DNA of 64,000 bases from a bacterium (GTDB taxonomy: Bacteria; RBG-13-61-14; DATKZS01). The notes under the pieces are model-generated. The model was not told the DNA's origin and searched no databases. It saw only the letters and a program-made list of their open reading frames with translations. Made by a program: the position numbers and the translations under genes. This document shows positions 25,934-35,815 of the stretch, one piece after another. The first letter of the stretch is position 1; every line of letters starts with the position of its first letter. The stretch covers positions 512,001 to 576,000 of the forward strand of contig CAXXFL010000001.1 in NCBI GenBank assembly GCA_963674965.2, in the 5' to 3' direction.

Positions 25934-27664
25934 TCACGCGATCAGGGCGGCCAGGCCGGCGATCAAAAAGGTCGCGTCGATCAGGGCCTCGGCCCCGAAC
26001 CCCTGCACCAGGGTCCGGCGGGTGAAAACGGGCACGCACGCGGCGGAGTAAAGGAGAGGAAAGAGCATGTAATACCCGAGCGGTGCATGGACCCATCCCA
26101 GGAACGTGGCCCCCGCGATCAGGATCGACGTCAGCGCCAGCGCCCCGATCAGGACCTCCCTGGTGCGGGTCACGCCCAGGACGATGGGAAGGGTTTCCCT
26201 CCCGATCATGCGGTCCGCCTGGATGTCCCGAAAGTCGCGAAGGAGAGCCCGAGCGAAGGCCAGCCCGCCGACCATGATAAGGGAAGCCAGGGCCGCGAAA
26301 AAATCGATATAGGCGAAGCCCACCTTGAAAAGGGGCAGAACCACTATAAGGGCCGACCAGCCAAAGGCCATGAAGATGTCCTTGCTGCCCGGAACGTCGG
26401 CCAGTCTACGGATGGGAACGCTTCCCGCGTCCTTTTTCGTCAGCTTCACCGGATATAGAAAACTCACGACGGCCAGGGCCACGAGAAACGCTCCTCCTCC
26501 CCGGCTTATGAAGAAGGAGATGAAGATGGCCAAAGCGGCGGCCGCCGCGCCGGCGCCCACCCACTTGTTCTTGTGCCTGGTGAAGCTCCTCGCCCGGGCC
26601 GGCACGTTGAAGGCCAGGGCCCTCGAGTCGGACATGAGGGTCATGGTATGGACGGCGAAGATAAAAAGCGCGCTGACCAGGGACTGGGCCATGGAGAAGT
26701 CCATGCCTTGCAGTTTCATGGACGCGTAGGTCAGGGCGGCTCCCCCGATGGCCACGTAAACGTTTCCCAGTATGGCCAGGCTTAAAAACCCGATCAGCCG
26801 ATGGAGGGGATCGCGGGAGGCCCCGATTTCATGGAGCCGGTCGTGTACCCTTCTTATCATCCAGTTGGGGGTGGACGCCCCGGCCGTGAGTCCGACCACC
26901 CTGTAGCGGGACATTTCCTCCGGGTCCAGTTCTTCCTCCGTCTCGACCTTGTAGGCCTTGATCCCCTCCTCCTGGGCCACCTCGGCCAGGCGGCCCGTGT
27001 TGGCGCTGGCCTTGCCCCCCACCACCACCATGGCCTCGACCTCCCGGGCCAGCCGCCGGACCTCGTCCTGGCGGTTGCGGGTCGAGTCGCAGATCGTGTC
27101 CGCCACGATCAGGTTTCCTTCCCCGAGGCCCGAGTACCTTTCCCGGATGGCCCGGGCCACGGCCTCGAAGCGCTCCCGCTCCTGGGTGGTCTGAGACACG
27201 AGGCAGACCTTTTCCGCGGCCGGAAGGTCGGCCACGTCATCCGGTCCCTGGACCAGCACGGCCTTGTCCCCCGAGTAGCCCAGGATGCCCTCGACCTCGG
27301 CGTGGCCCGGGTCCCCCAGCAGCACCACCAGGAAACCCTCGCCCGCCCGGCGCTTGGCAATGCCCTGCACCCGGGTCACGTTGGGACAGGTGGCGTTGAC
27401 GATGGGAAGGCCAAGCTCCCGCGCCTTCTTCTTTATCTCGGGACGGACCCCATGGGACCGGATAACCACGGCCCCATGGTCGGGCATGTCCCTGGCAACC
27501 TCGACGCCTCGCTCGCGGAACATGCTTATCACCTGCGGGTTATGGATCAGCGGTCCCAAGGTGTAGATGGGAGGAGGATACTCGCGGGAGGCGTCGACCG
27601 TGATCGCCACCGCCCGGCGAACGCCCATGCAAAAACCCGAGGTGTTGGCTACCTTTACTCTCAT
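25934..27664 (-). CDS. ispH: 4-hydroxy-3-methylbut-2-enyl diphosphate reductase fused to a UbiA-like membrane domain
   Basis: GFCMGV, LIHN, ATCP, SQTT, TIC, TAGASTP; C-terminal TM domain with RDFRDIQADRMIGRETLP. Confidence 0.9.
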   Translation of the reverse strand: MRVKVANTSGFCMGVRRAVAITVDASREYPPPIYTLGPLIHNPQVISMFRERGVEVARDMPDHGAVVIRSHGVRPEIKKKARELGLPIVNATCPNVTRVQGIAKRRAGEGFLVVLLGDPGHAEVEGILGYSGDKAVLVQGPDDVADLPAAEKVCLVSQTTQERERFEAVARAIRERYSGLGEGNLIVADTICDSTRNRQDEVRRLAREVEAMVVVGGKASANTGRLAEVAQEEGIKAYKVETEEELDPEEMSRYRVVGLTAGASTPNWMIRRVHDRLHEIGASRDPLHRLIGFLSLAILGNVYVAIGGAALTYASMKLQGMDFSMAQSLVSALFIFAVHTMTLMSDSRALAFNVPARARSFTRHKNKWVGAGAAAAALAIFISFFISRGGGAFLVALAVVSFLYPVKLTKKDAGSVPIRRLADVPGSKDIFMAFGWSALIVVLPLFKVGFAYIDFFAALASLIMVGGLAFARALLRDFRDIQADRMIGRETLPIVLGVTRTREVLIGALALTSILIAGATFLGWVHAPLGYYMLFPLLYSAACVPVFTRRTLVQGFGAEALIDATFLIAGLAALIA

Positions 27665-27846
27665 ATAGTCTCCCTTTCTTAAATTACGCCCCCTTACCCC
27701 CGATGGCAAGACGCGGGTGGAACGACTTCGACGAATGAATTGTCAGCTATAAGAAGATTGGCCTCGGGCGGCCTCTCGGAAGAATCCGGCCGCCGGAAAA
27801 ATAATCGGTTGAATCGGGGAGATTAGGGAGTAAAATTATAAATACC

Positions 27847-29244
27847 ATGGATACAATTCTGAAAATACTGGACACTGGCTTCTTTACCGTCGTTCCCTTC
27901 GTGCTGGTCCTCGGTTTCATGATCTTCGTGCACGAGCTGGGCCACTTCCTGGCCGGGCGCATTATCGGGGTGAGGATACTGACCTTCAAGCTCGGTTTCG
28001 GCCACTCGATCGTCAGCCATAAGCGGGGCCACACCGAGTACGCCATTGGCTGGATTCCCATCGGCGGTTACGTTCGCATGTTCGGCGACCCCACCGAGGT
28101 GGAGGAAGAGGAGGAGGTGGCCCTCGAGGACATCCCCGAGGAGGACAAAAAGGAAGCCCTTTTCTTCAGGCCCGCTCACCAGAAGATTTTCACCTTCGTG
28201 GCCGGCCCGGCCATGAACGTTATCGTCGCCTTCCTTCTGGCCCCCCTCGTCTACCTTATCGGTTACAACCGGCAGGTCGAGCCGGCCCCTCCCATACCCG
28301 CGGGCGTGATCGAGAAAGACTCTCCGGCTGACAAGGCCGGCGTCAAGATGCTGGATAAAATCCTCACCGTGGACGGGCGCAAGATCGAAAGCTACCACGA
28401 CCTGCAGATGATCGAAGCCCTGAACCCCGAGAAGACCCTCGATTACGAAGTCTCGCGGGACGGTGAGAAAATGTCCTTCCAGATCAAGCTCCGCACCAGG
28501 AAGGAACCGCCCGTCGGCGAGTCCGGTATCGGTCCTCCCCCGACGCCGGCTATAGTCGGAGGCATAGCTCCCGACTGGCCCGCCGCGGCCTCGGGCCTGA
28601 CCGTCGGCGACAGGATCGTCGCCATCAATGGAAACAAGGTGACGGTCTGGGAGGAAATGACCCAGCTCATCAACGACTCGGAGGGAAACACCATCGACTT
28701 CGGGGTCATAAGGGGAGACAAGGAAATAAGCCTGGCCTTAAAGCCCAGGTATAACGAGGATCACGATAAGTACCAGATAGGCATCGCCGCCAAGGTCGAG
28801 ACGGAGTTCGTGCGGGAGTCCCTGGGCGCGGCCATCGTGAAGGGCGCGGAGGACTGCGTCAGATACGTCAAGATGACCTATCAGGTCTTTTACAAACTCA
28901 TCACCTTTCAATTGTCGGGAAGGGCCGTTTCCGGTCCTCTCGGCATCGCGGCCATTACCAGCAGCGCCGCCCGGTCCGGGATCGTCGCCCTGATTCAGTT
29001 GACCGTGCTTATAAGCATAAACCTCGGCATCCTTAACCTCCTGCCCTTTCCTCCCTTGGACGGCGGCCACATACTGGTCACCGGCGTCGAGAGCGTCATC
29101 AGGCGGGAGATGAACGTCAAGTATAAGGAAGCCATGTTCAAGGCCGGTTTTTTCCTTTTGATTTTTCTTATGATCGCCGTCACGGCCAGCGACTTCTGGC
29201 GTTACAAGGGCAAGATGTACACTTTCTTCATGGACCTTTTCTAA
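27847..29244 (+). CDS. rseP: RIP metalloprotease RseP with two PDZ domains
   Basis: HELGH, PIGGYVRM, AGPAMN, NLLPFPPLDGGH. Confidence 0.95.
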   Translation: MDTILKILDTGFFTVVPFVLVLGFMIFVHELGHFLAGRIIGVRILTFKLGFGHSIVSHKRGHTEYAIGWIPIGGYVRMFGDPTEVEEEEEVALEDIPEEDKKEALFFRPAHQKIFTFVAGPAMNVIVAFLLAPLVYLIGYNRQVEPAPPIPAGVIEKDSPADKAGVKMLDKILTVDGRKIESYHDLQMIEALNPEKTLDYEVSRDGEKMSFQIKLRTRKEPPVGESGIGPPPTPAIVGGIAPDWPAAASGLTVGDRIVAINGNKVTVWEEMTQLINDSEGNTIDFGVIRGDKEISLALKPRYNEDHDKYQIGIAAKVETEFVRESLGAAIVKGAEDCVRYVKMTYQVFYKLITFQLSGRAVSGPLGIAAITSSAARSGIVALIQLTVLISINLGILNLLPFPPLDGGHILVTGVESVIRREMNVKYKEAMFKAGFFLLIFLMIAVTASDFWRYKGKMYTFFMDLF

Positions 29245-29281
29245 GCCGCTTCGCGGCCTTCTTAGCCTTGTTAATAGAATT

Positions 29282-29983
29282 ATGAGGACACTCGCCATAG
29301 ATACGTCCACCGAGGCCGCGTCCATCGCCGTCGTTATCGGAGATGGGCCTCCAGCCGAGGTGTCCTTTCCGGGCGGAAAGAAAAGGGGAGAAAAGCTCGT
29401 GCCCGCCGTACAGGCCACGCTCGAGGGACTCGGGCTTGCGCCCCGGGACCTCGAGGCCTACGTGATCGGACTCGGGCCGGGGTCTTTCACCGGACTTCGC
29501 GCCGGTCTTTCCTTTATCAAGGGCCTCCACCTGGCCAACCCCAGGCCCGCGGTGGGAGTTTCTTCCCTCCAGGCCCTGGCCTGCAACGCCCGTTCCTGGA
29601 GGGGCCGGATCGTGGCCGCCGTGGACGCGAAAAAGGACCAGGTCTTCGCGGCGGCCTTCAATTGCGACGGCTGCTCGGCCCCCGCTCGGGTCACCGAGGA
29701 CGAGGCCCTGGGTCCCCTCGAGCTGGTCGAGCTCGCGAGAGGAAACACCCTGGTGGTGGGCGATGGCCTGAAGAAATACGGCGAGATGATAAGGGACGCC
29801 CTTGGCGGATCGGCCTTTATCGCTCCCGAGCCCCTTTGGTATCCGCGCGCCGCCTGGCTGGCCGAGCTGGCCAAGCCCCGCCTGTTAAACGGAGAATCGG
29901 ACGACGTCGAGTCCATGGTCCCCTTTTACGTCCGTCATTCGGACGCGGAGTTGAAGCTGGGAAAGCGAGTGGATTTTTCCTGA
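29282..29983 (+). CDS. tsaB: tRNA t6A biosynthesis protein TsaB
   Basis: LAIDTST, GPGSFTGLR, P.Y.R.SDAE. Confidence 0.93.
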   Translation: MRTLAIDTSTEAASIAVVIGDGPPAEVSFPGGKKRGEKLVPAVQATLEGLGLAPRDLEAYVIGLGPGSFTGLRAGLSFIKGLHLANPRPAVGVSSLQALACNARSWRGRIVAAVDAKKDQVFAAAFNCDGCSAPARVTEDEALGPLELVELARGNTLVVGDGLKKYGEMIRDALGGSAFIAPEPLWYPRAAWLAELAKPRLLNGESDDVESMVPFYVRHSDAELKLGKRVDFS

Positions 29984-30117
29984 ACTTTTTCGCGCCGCGC
30001 CTTTTGCCCAACTCATCCATATCCCTCCCTTTGGCTTTCGACGGTCGGAAACGCCCGTTACTCCTTTCTCCATAATTTTTCTCTTAAAGGCCGTAAACTC
30101 CATTTTCAAAAAAAGCG

Positions 30118-30146
30118 TTGACATGCATATCCTCATAGATTATTCT
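30118..30146 (+). promoter_or_regulatory. Sigma70 promoter for the cyclase genes
   Basis: TTGACA-N17-TATTCT. Confidence 0.6.
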
Positions 30147-30182
30147 TAACTTGTCGATACTTATGATTGGCGGGATGACCAA

Positions 30183-32057
30183 ATGGCAAGAATATTATTG
30201 ACCAACGCGCCGGACCATCCGGCGTACGAATTGTCGGGAGACGTCTTTTCCATCGGCCGGCTGCCGGACAACAACCTCCCTCTGGCCGACGCCCTTGTTT
30301 CCAGGAGGCACGCCGAGATAAGGAAGGAAGGCGACAAGTATCGCGTAGTCGACCTCGAGAGCCTGAACGGCGTCTACGTGAACAACCTGAAAATCAAGGA
30401 CGAATATCTCACCCATGGCGACGTTCTTCACATCGGCGAGAGCAAGATGCTCTTCGAGGACTCTCCCTCCATCGAGGCCCCGCCTCCCATCACGGAAAGC
30501 GTGAACCCGCCGCCCCTGCCGGGATTGGCCCCGGGTCCGGCGGCGAAAAAGGAAGGTCCCGTCGATTCCTCCCTCGAGCCCGCCGCGGGATGGCTGGGAT
30601 ACGAGCCGGACGCTCCCGCTCCCGCCCCGCCGAGCCGGGGCCAGGCCGAGGCGGCCGGACCCGGGCCCATCAACCAGATGAAAATGCCCGCTCCGGACGT
30701 GGCGCCTCCCCCCGAGCCGGGACCCTCCGTTTCGGGGCCGTCTTTTCCGCCGAGCAACGCGGCCCGGGCGCCGGGCCTCGCGGGTCCGGAGATAATCAAG
30801 CCCCTTAACCAGGACAACCCCAACTTCGAGCTCGAGGCCATATCATTGGAGGAAGCCCTTAAACCTATCCGGGACGAAAGCCAGGTGCCCTACCGCAACG
30901 AGCCGGTGCGGGCGCGGAACTTCTTCATCCTCTACCAGGTGGCGCGGGCGCTGAACTCGACCAACTCCTTGAACGAGCTTCTCGATCAGACCATGACCCT
31001 GGTGTTCCAGGTGATCAACGCCGAAAGAGGGGTCATTTTCCTCTATAATGAAAAGGGCGAGATCACGCCCATGATCGCCCGCAACCGGGAGGGCGGCGAA
31101 CTGCCCGAGCTCAACGTCAGCAAGGGCATAACGCTTCGGGCCATCCAGGAAAAGGTCTCGATCATCACCTCGGACGCCCGTTACGATCCCCGCTTCCAGG
31201 CCGGGGCCTCGATAGTGACCTATAACATCCGCTCGGCCATCTGCGTTCCCCTTTGGGAGCACGGCCGCATAAGGGGGGCCGTCTACCTGGACAACCTGAT
31301 GGAGACCTACGCCTTCGGGGAGGACGACCTCGACCTTCTGACCGCCATCGCCAACCAGGTGGCCATCGCCATCAGGCAGGAGGAAATGCAGTCGAAGATG
31401 CGGGAGAACGCCGTGTTCCGGGCCAACCTCGAGCGCTTCCACAGCCCGGACCTGGTCAACCACATCATGCAGCAGTCCAGGCTGGACGACGGTTTCAGGC
31501 AGTCCCTCGAGGTCAAGGAGGTGACCGTGCTCTTCTCGGACATCGTCTCCTTTACGCCCATGCTCGAGAGACTCGACGCGCACGAGGCGGCGGACCTGCT
31601 TAAGAGCTACTTCGACAAGATGACCGAGATCATCTTCCGCTACAAGGGAACGGTGGACAAGTTCATCGGAGACGCCATCATGGCCATCTTCGGCGCGCCC
31701 GTGGCCCACGGCAACGACGCCGAGCAGGCCGTGCTCTCGGCCATCGAGATGATGCGCGAGCTCGAGCGCTTCAAGACGTCATGGTCCGAGGAGAAAAGGT
31801 TCGACGTCAGGATCGGCATCAACACCGGCAAGGTGGTGACCGGCTACCTGGGCAGCAAGCACAGGGTCGAGTACACCGTGCTGGGAGACCCGGTCAACGT
31901 GGCCTCCCGCCTCCAGTCCTTCGCCGACCCCGGCACCATACTGGTGGGACAAGCCACCTATGAAAAGGCCCGGGAGTCATTCAAGTTCAGGGACAGGGGA
32001 GCCACGAGACTGAAGGGAAAACAGGAGGAAACAAGGCTCTACGAGGTCGTCTTCTGA
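30183..32057 (+). CDS. FHA-(Pro-rich linker)-GAF-class III adenylate cyclase
   Basis: FHA IGR...SRRHA...SLNG; GAF SAICVPL...YLDN; LFSDIVSFT, DKFIGD, YTVLGDPVNVASRL. Confidence 0.92.
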   Translation: MARILLTNAPDHPAYELSGDVFSIGRLPDNNLPLADALVSRRHAEIRKEGDKYRVVDLESLNGVYVNNLKIKDEYLTHGDVLHIGESKMLFEDSPSIEAPPPITESVNPPPLPGLAPGPAAKKEGPVDSSLEPAAGWLGYEPDAPAPAPPSRGQAEAAGPGPINQMKMPAPDVAPPPEPGPSVSGPSFPPSNAARAPGLAGPEIIKPLNQDNPNFELEAISLEEALKPIRDESQVPYRNEPVRARNFFILYQVARALNSTNSLNELLDQTMTLVFQVINAERGVIFLYNEKGEITPMIARNREGGELPELNVSKGITLRAIQEKVSIITSDARYDPRFQAGASIVTYNIRSAICVPLWEHGRIRGAVYLDNLMETYAFGEDDLDLLTAIANQVAIAIRQEEMQSKMRENAVFRANLERFHSPDLVNHIMQQSRLDDGFRQSLEVKEVTVLFSDIVSFTPMLERLDAHEAADLLKSYFDKMTEIIFRYKGTVDKFIGDAIMAIFGAPVAHGNDAEQAVLSAIEMMRELERFKTSWSEEKRFDVRIGINTGKVVTGYLGSKHRVEYTVLGDPVNVASRLQSFADPGTILVGQATYEKARESFKFRDRGATRLKGKQEETRLYEVVF

Positions 32058-32128
32058 CGGCCCCGCGAGAAAGGAAACGACCATTCCACCACCGCGTCAG
32101 GCGGTTCAAAAGGCGGTCACCCACCGAA

Positions 32129-33709
32129 ATGGCCCGGCTTAAGTCAATCGCGGACCGATCCGCAATCGTTTGGGAAATAGACCAATATCCCTTTTTCATC
32201 GGCTCTCGGGGAAAAAGCTCCGCCTCGGGCGCGGTCATAGGCCGGGACGAAAAGGGCGCTTTTATCTCGGACAACGGCTCCGGGGAGCTTTTCGTCAACC
32301 ATCGGAAGATCGAGAGGAAGGAACTGGTCTCGGGCGACGTCATAGCGGTGGGAGGAGGCTCGTATCTCTTCGAGGAGGACGAGGCCGACGTTAGTGGCGA
32401 GACCCCGGCGTCGGACCCGGCCGCTCCGGATAAAGCCGAGTCCAAAGACGAAATGGAGTTAAAGGTCCTCTTTACGATGGACATGGCGAGGCCTCTACCC
32501 GGGCTCGACGCCCGGTCCGTCATCGCTAAAGCCAGGGGATCGAACTCCTACGCCATACTCCAGTTCGCCCGGCTGGTGGCCGCGGTCGATTCCGTCTCGG
32601 AGCTTCTCGCGCAGACCTTGAACCTCATTTTCGAGGTGGTTCACGCCGAGCGGGGCGTCATATTTCTTTACGGCGAGACGGGCCGCCTGGAACCCTCGGT
32701 GGTGAAGCGGATAAAGGGAGGGAAGCCCCCGGACGTCGATACGGCCCGGGCCGTCACGGGGAAGGCGATCAAGGACCGCTCGACCCTGGTCTGTTCGGAC
32801 GCGTGCCTCGAGGGCCCCGAGGAGGAGCCGTCCGGCCCGGAGACGGCCAGGGTCCGCTCGGCGCTGGTGGTCCCCATTTGGGATGAGGAGGAAGTACTCG
32901 GGGCGATTTACCTTGACAACACCATCGTGGGCGGCCTGTTTCACGAGGACGACATGGACCTGATAAACGTGATGGCCAACCTCGTGGCGCTCCGGATCAG
33001 GCAGGAGAAAGCGCGGGACCGGGCCCGCAAGGAGGAACTGCTGCGTTCGGCCCTCGAGCGTTTCCACAGTCCCGACGTGGCCGGCCTTATTTTAAGGCAG
33101 AGCGACTCGGGTCGCGGGTTCAAGGATTTCGTCAAGGAGAGGGAGGTGACGGTCCTTTTTTCGGACGTTTCCAGTTTCACGGGCCTTCTCGAGCGGCTGG
33201 ACGCGAGCGAGGCGGCCGGACTGCTTACCGAGTATTTCGACGTCATGACCGACGTGGTCTTCAAGTACAAGGGCACGGTGGATAAATTTATCGGCGACGC
33301 CGTCATGGCCACCTTCGGCGCGCCCATCTCCCATGGGAACGACGCCGAGCTGGCCGTGTTCGCCGCCATCGAGATGATGCGGAACATGGAGTGGTTCAAG
33401 GCCTCGAGGCCCGAGCGCCAGAAGTTCGACATCAGGATCGGGATCAACACGGGAGTGGTGATAGCCGGCTACCTGGGAAGCGGAAAGAGGATCGAGTATA
33501 CCGTGCTGGGAGACCCGGTCAACGTGGCCTCCCGCCTCCAGACCCTGGCCGAGCCCGGCCAGATACTGGTGGGCGAGAGCACCTACGCCAAGGTGAGCGG
33601 AATGTTCGAGTTCGAGGACAGGGGAGAGACGTTGCTCAAGGGCAAGAAGAAGAAAACGCGGGTCTACGAGGTCCGGTACTCGTTGGCCGGGGGACCCAGT
33701 CTCGCCTGA
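32129..33709 (+). CDS. Paralogous degenerate-FHA-GAF-class III adenylate cyclase
   Basis: LFSDVSSFT, DKFIGD, YTVLGDPVNVASRL; GAF SALVVPI...YLDN. Confidence 0.9.
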   Translation: MARLKSIADRSAIVWEIDQYPFFIGSRGKSSASGAVIGRDEKGAFISDNGSGELFVNHRKIERKELVSGDVIAVGGGSYLFEEDEADVSGETPASDPAAPDKAESKDEMELKVLFTMDMARPLPGLDARSVIAKARGSNSYAILQFARLVAAVDSVSELLAQTLNLIFEVVHAERGVIFLYGETGRLEPSVVKRIKGGKPPDVDTARAVTGKAIKDRSTLVCSDACLEGPEEEPSGPETARVRSALVVPIWDEEEVLGAIYLDNTIVGGLFHEDDMDLINVMANLVALRIRQEKARDRARKEELLRSALERFHSPDVAGLILRQSDSGRGFKDFVKEREVTVLFSDVSSFTGLLERLDASEAAGLLTEYFDVMTDVVFKYKGTVDKFIGDAVMATFGAPISHGNDAELAVFAAIEMMRNMEWFKASRPERQKFDIRIGINTGVVIAGYLGSGKRIEYTVLGDPVNVASRLQTLAEPGQILVGESTYAKVSGMFEFEDRGETLLKGKKKKTRVYEVRYSLAGGPSLA

Positions 33710-33735
33710 TTGGACCCTTTGGTAAAGGCGAAGGT

Positions 33736-33763
33736 TTGACAGATTTAGGAAACTTTTTATAAT
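33736..33763 (+). promoter_or_regulatory. Consensus sigma70 promoter for DUF465-ilvDBN
   Basis: TTGACA-N16-TATAAT. Confidence 0.75.
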
Positions 33764-33799
33764 GTTAATTATACCCGACGCGGTAAGGAGATCGATTTA

Positions 33800-34048
33800 A
33801 TGCCGAACATGGCCCCTGAAGACATCGAGATAGCCAACGCCCTTTGCGAAAAGGACGAGGAATTCAAGAAGCTTTGGAACGAGCACGCCGACTTTAAGGC
33901 CCGGCTTGACGACCTGAAGCTCAAGACCTACCTGACGGCCGAGGAAGAGGCCGAGGTCAAGCGACTTAAAACCCTCAAGCTTCAGGGCAAGGACAAGATC
34001 GCTCTGAAGATTAAAGAATACAAGGTAAACGTACTTTCGACGGCGTGA
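33800..34048 (+). CDS. DUF465/YdcH-family small helical protein
   Basis: EFKKLWNEH...LTAEEE.EVKRLK.LKL.GKDKI pattern; RBS taaggag. Confidence 0.85.
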   Translation: MPNMAPEDIEIANALCEKDEEFKKLWNEHADFKARLDDLKLKTYLTAEEEAEVKRLKTLKLQGKDKIALKIKEYKVNVLSTA

Positions 34049-34066
34049 CCGGCCACTAAGGATGAC

Positions 34067-34101
34067 AAAGCCTCGGTGGTCGCCCGCCGGGGCTTTTTTT
34101 T
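34067..34101 (+). terminator. Intrinsic terminator / candidate attenuator upstream of ilvD
   Basis: 11-bp stem agcctcggtgg/ccgccggggct, 4-nt loop, T8 run. Confidence 0.8.
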
Positions 34102-34142
34102 GGCCGCTCGGGAGAGGGGAAGGAATAAAGGAGGGCTTGTAT

Positions 34143-35798
34143 ATGCTAAGCGACAGGTCGAAAAAAGGGATTGAAAGAACGCCCAACCGGGCGCTTATCC
34201 GGGCAACGGGGGTGACCTCGAGGGACATGGGCAAACCCTTCATCGGGATCGCCTCGAGCTTCACCAACCTCATACCCGGACACGCGGGGATGAGGGAACT
34301 TGAGAGGGCCGTCGAGAACGGCGTGTTCGCCGGGGGGGGAAGGCCCTTTATCTTCGGCGTGCCCGGGGTTTGCGACGGTATCGCCATGGGCCACGAGGGC
34401 ATGAGGATGAGCCTTCCCAGCCGGGAGCTCATCGCCGACATGATCGAGGCCGTCGCCCAGGCCCACGCCCTGGATGGACTTTGCCTTTTGACCAACTGCG
34501 ACAAGATCACTCCGGGCATGCTCATGGCCGCGGCAAGGCTGGATATCCCCGCCATCGTGGTCACCGCCGGGCCCATGCTCTGCGGATACCACGAGGGAAG
34601 GCGGCTTACCCTCGTGCGCGACACCTTCGAGGCGGTGGGCCTTTATCAGGCGGGCAAGATCGGCGAGACCGAGCTGGCGGCCATCGAGGAGGAGGCCTGC
34701 CCCGGGCCGGGGTCGTGCCAGGGCCTGTACACGGCCAACACCATGGCCTGCCTGGCCGAGACCATGGGCATGAGCCTCACCGGGTGCGCCACCTCCCTGG
34801 CCGTCTCGGCCAAAAAGCACCGCCTCGCCCAGGAGAGCGGCGAGAAAATAGTCGAGCTGGTCAAAAAGGGAGTGAACGCCAGGAGCATCATTAACCGGGC
34901 GTCCATCGAGAACGCCATCCGGATCGACATGGCCCTGGGCGGTTCGTCCAATTCCGTGCTCCATCTTACCGCCATCGCCCATGAGGCCGGGGTCAAGCTT
35001 CCGCTCAAGACCTTCGACTCCATCTCCCGGGTAACGCCCAACCTCACCAGGTTGCGGCCCGCGGGGGACCACGCCATGGAGGACCTGGACCGGGCCGGCG
35101 GAGTGCTGGCGGTCATGCGGCTCCTGCGGGACTCGATGAGCGACAACCCCACGGTGAACGGCAAGAGCTTGAAGTCCGTGCTTTCCGGCCGGGGATGGTA
35201 CGACCCGGCGGTCATACGCTCGCCCGAGGACCCGTACATGAAGGAAGGCGGCATAGCGGTGCTAAGCGGCAACCTGGCCCCGGAGGGGTCGGTGGTCAAA
35301 CAGTCGGCCGTCTCGGAGAACATGAAGCGCTACGAGGGCAAGGCCAAATGTTTCGACTCCGAGGAGGCGGGCATGGCGGCCATCCTGAGCGGCAAGATAA
35401 AGGCGGGCGACTTCGTGGTCATCAGGTACGAGGGCCCGAAGGGCGGGCCGGGCATGAGGGAGATGCTCTCGCCCACCTCGGCCCTGATGGGCATGGGCCT
35501 GGGCGAGTCGGTGGCCCTTTTGACGGACGGCAGGTTCTCGGGCGGCACGAGGGGCCCCTGCATCGGCCACGTCTCCCCCGAGGCGGCCTCGGGAGGGCCC
35601 ATCGCGCTGGTAAAGAACGGCGACCTCATTTCCATCGATATCCCGAGGCGGAAAATCCAACTCAAGGTAAGCGCGTCCGAGCTCAAGGCCAGGGCCAGGT
35701 CGCTCAAGCCGAGGCCGGCCAAGGTGAAGTCGGGCTACCTGGCCCGTTACGCCCGGCTGGTGGGAAGCGCCTCGAGCGGCGCGGTTTTCGAGGAATAA
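34143..35798 (+). CDS. ilvD: Dihydroxy-acid dehydratase
   Basis: [51 protein letters not shown] aaggaggg. Confidence 0.97.
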   Translation: MLSDRSKKGIERTPNRALIRATGVTSRDMGKPFIGIASSFTNLIPGHAGMRELERAVENGVFAGGGRPFIFGVPGVCDGIAMGHEGMRMSLPSRELIADMIEAVAQAHALDGLCLLTNCDKITPGMLMAAARLDIPAIVVTAGPMLCGYHEGRRLTLVRDTFEAVGLYQAGKIGETELAAIEEEACPGPGSCQGLYTANTMACLAETMGMSLTGCATSLAVSAKKHRLAQESGEKIVELVKKGVNARSIINRASIENAIRIDMALGGSSNSVLHLTAIAHEAGVKLPLKTFDSISRVTPNLTRLRPAGDHAMEDLDRAGGVLAVMRLLRDSMSDNPTVNGKSLKSVLSGRGWYDPAVIRSPEDPYMKEGGIAVLSGNLAPEGSVVKQSAVSENMKRYEGKAKCFDSEEAGMAAILSGKIKAGDFVVIRYEGPKGGPGMREMLSPTSALMGMGLGESVALLTDGRFSGGTRGPCIGHVSPEAASGGPIALVKNGDLISIDIPRRKIQLKVSASELKARARSLKPRPAKVKSGYLARYARLVGSASSGAVFEE

Positions 35799-35815
35799 GG
35801 AAGGAGGAAATCCAG

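Noticed and set aside
34062-34142. N-terminal extension of ilvD (and 35195-35815 for ilvB)
   Set aside because: Crosses the terminator or overlaps ilvD; strong RBSs support starts at 34143 and 35816
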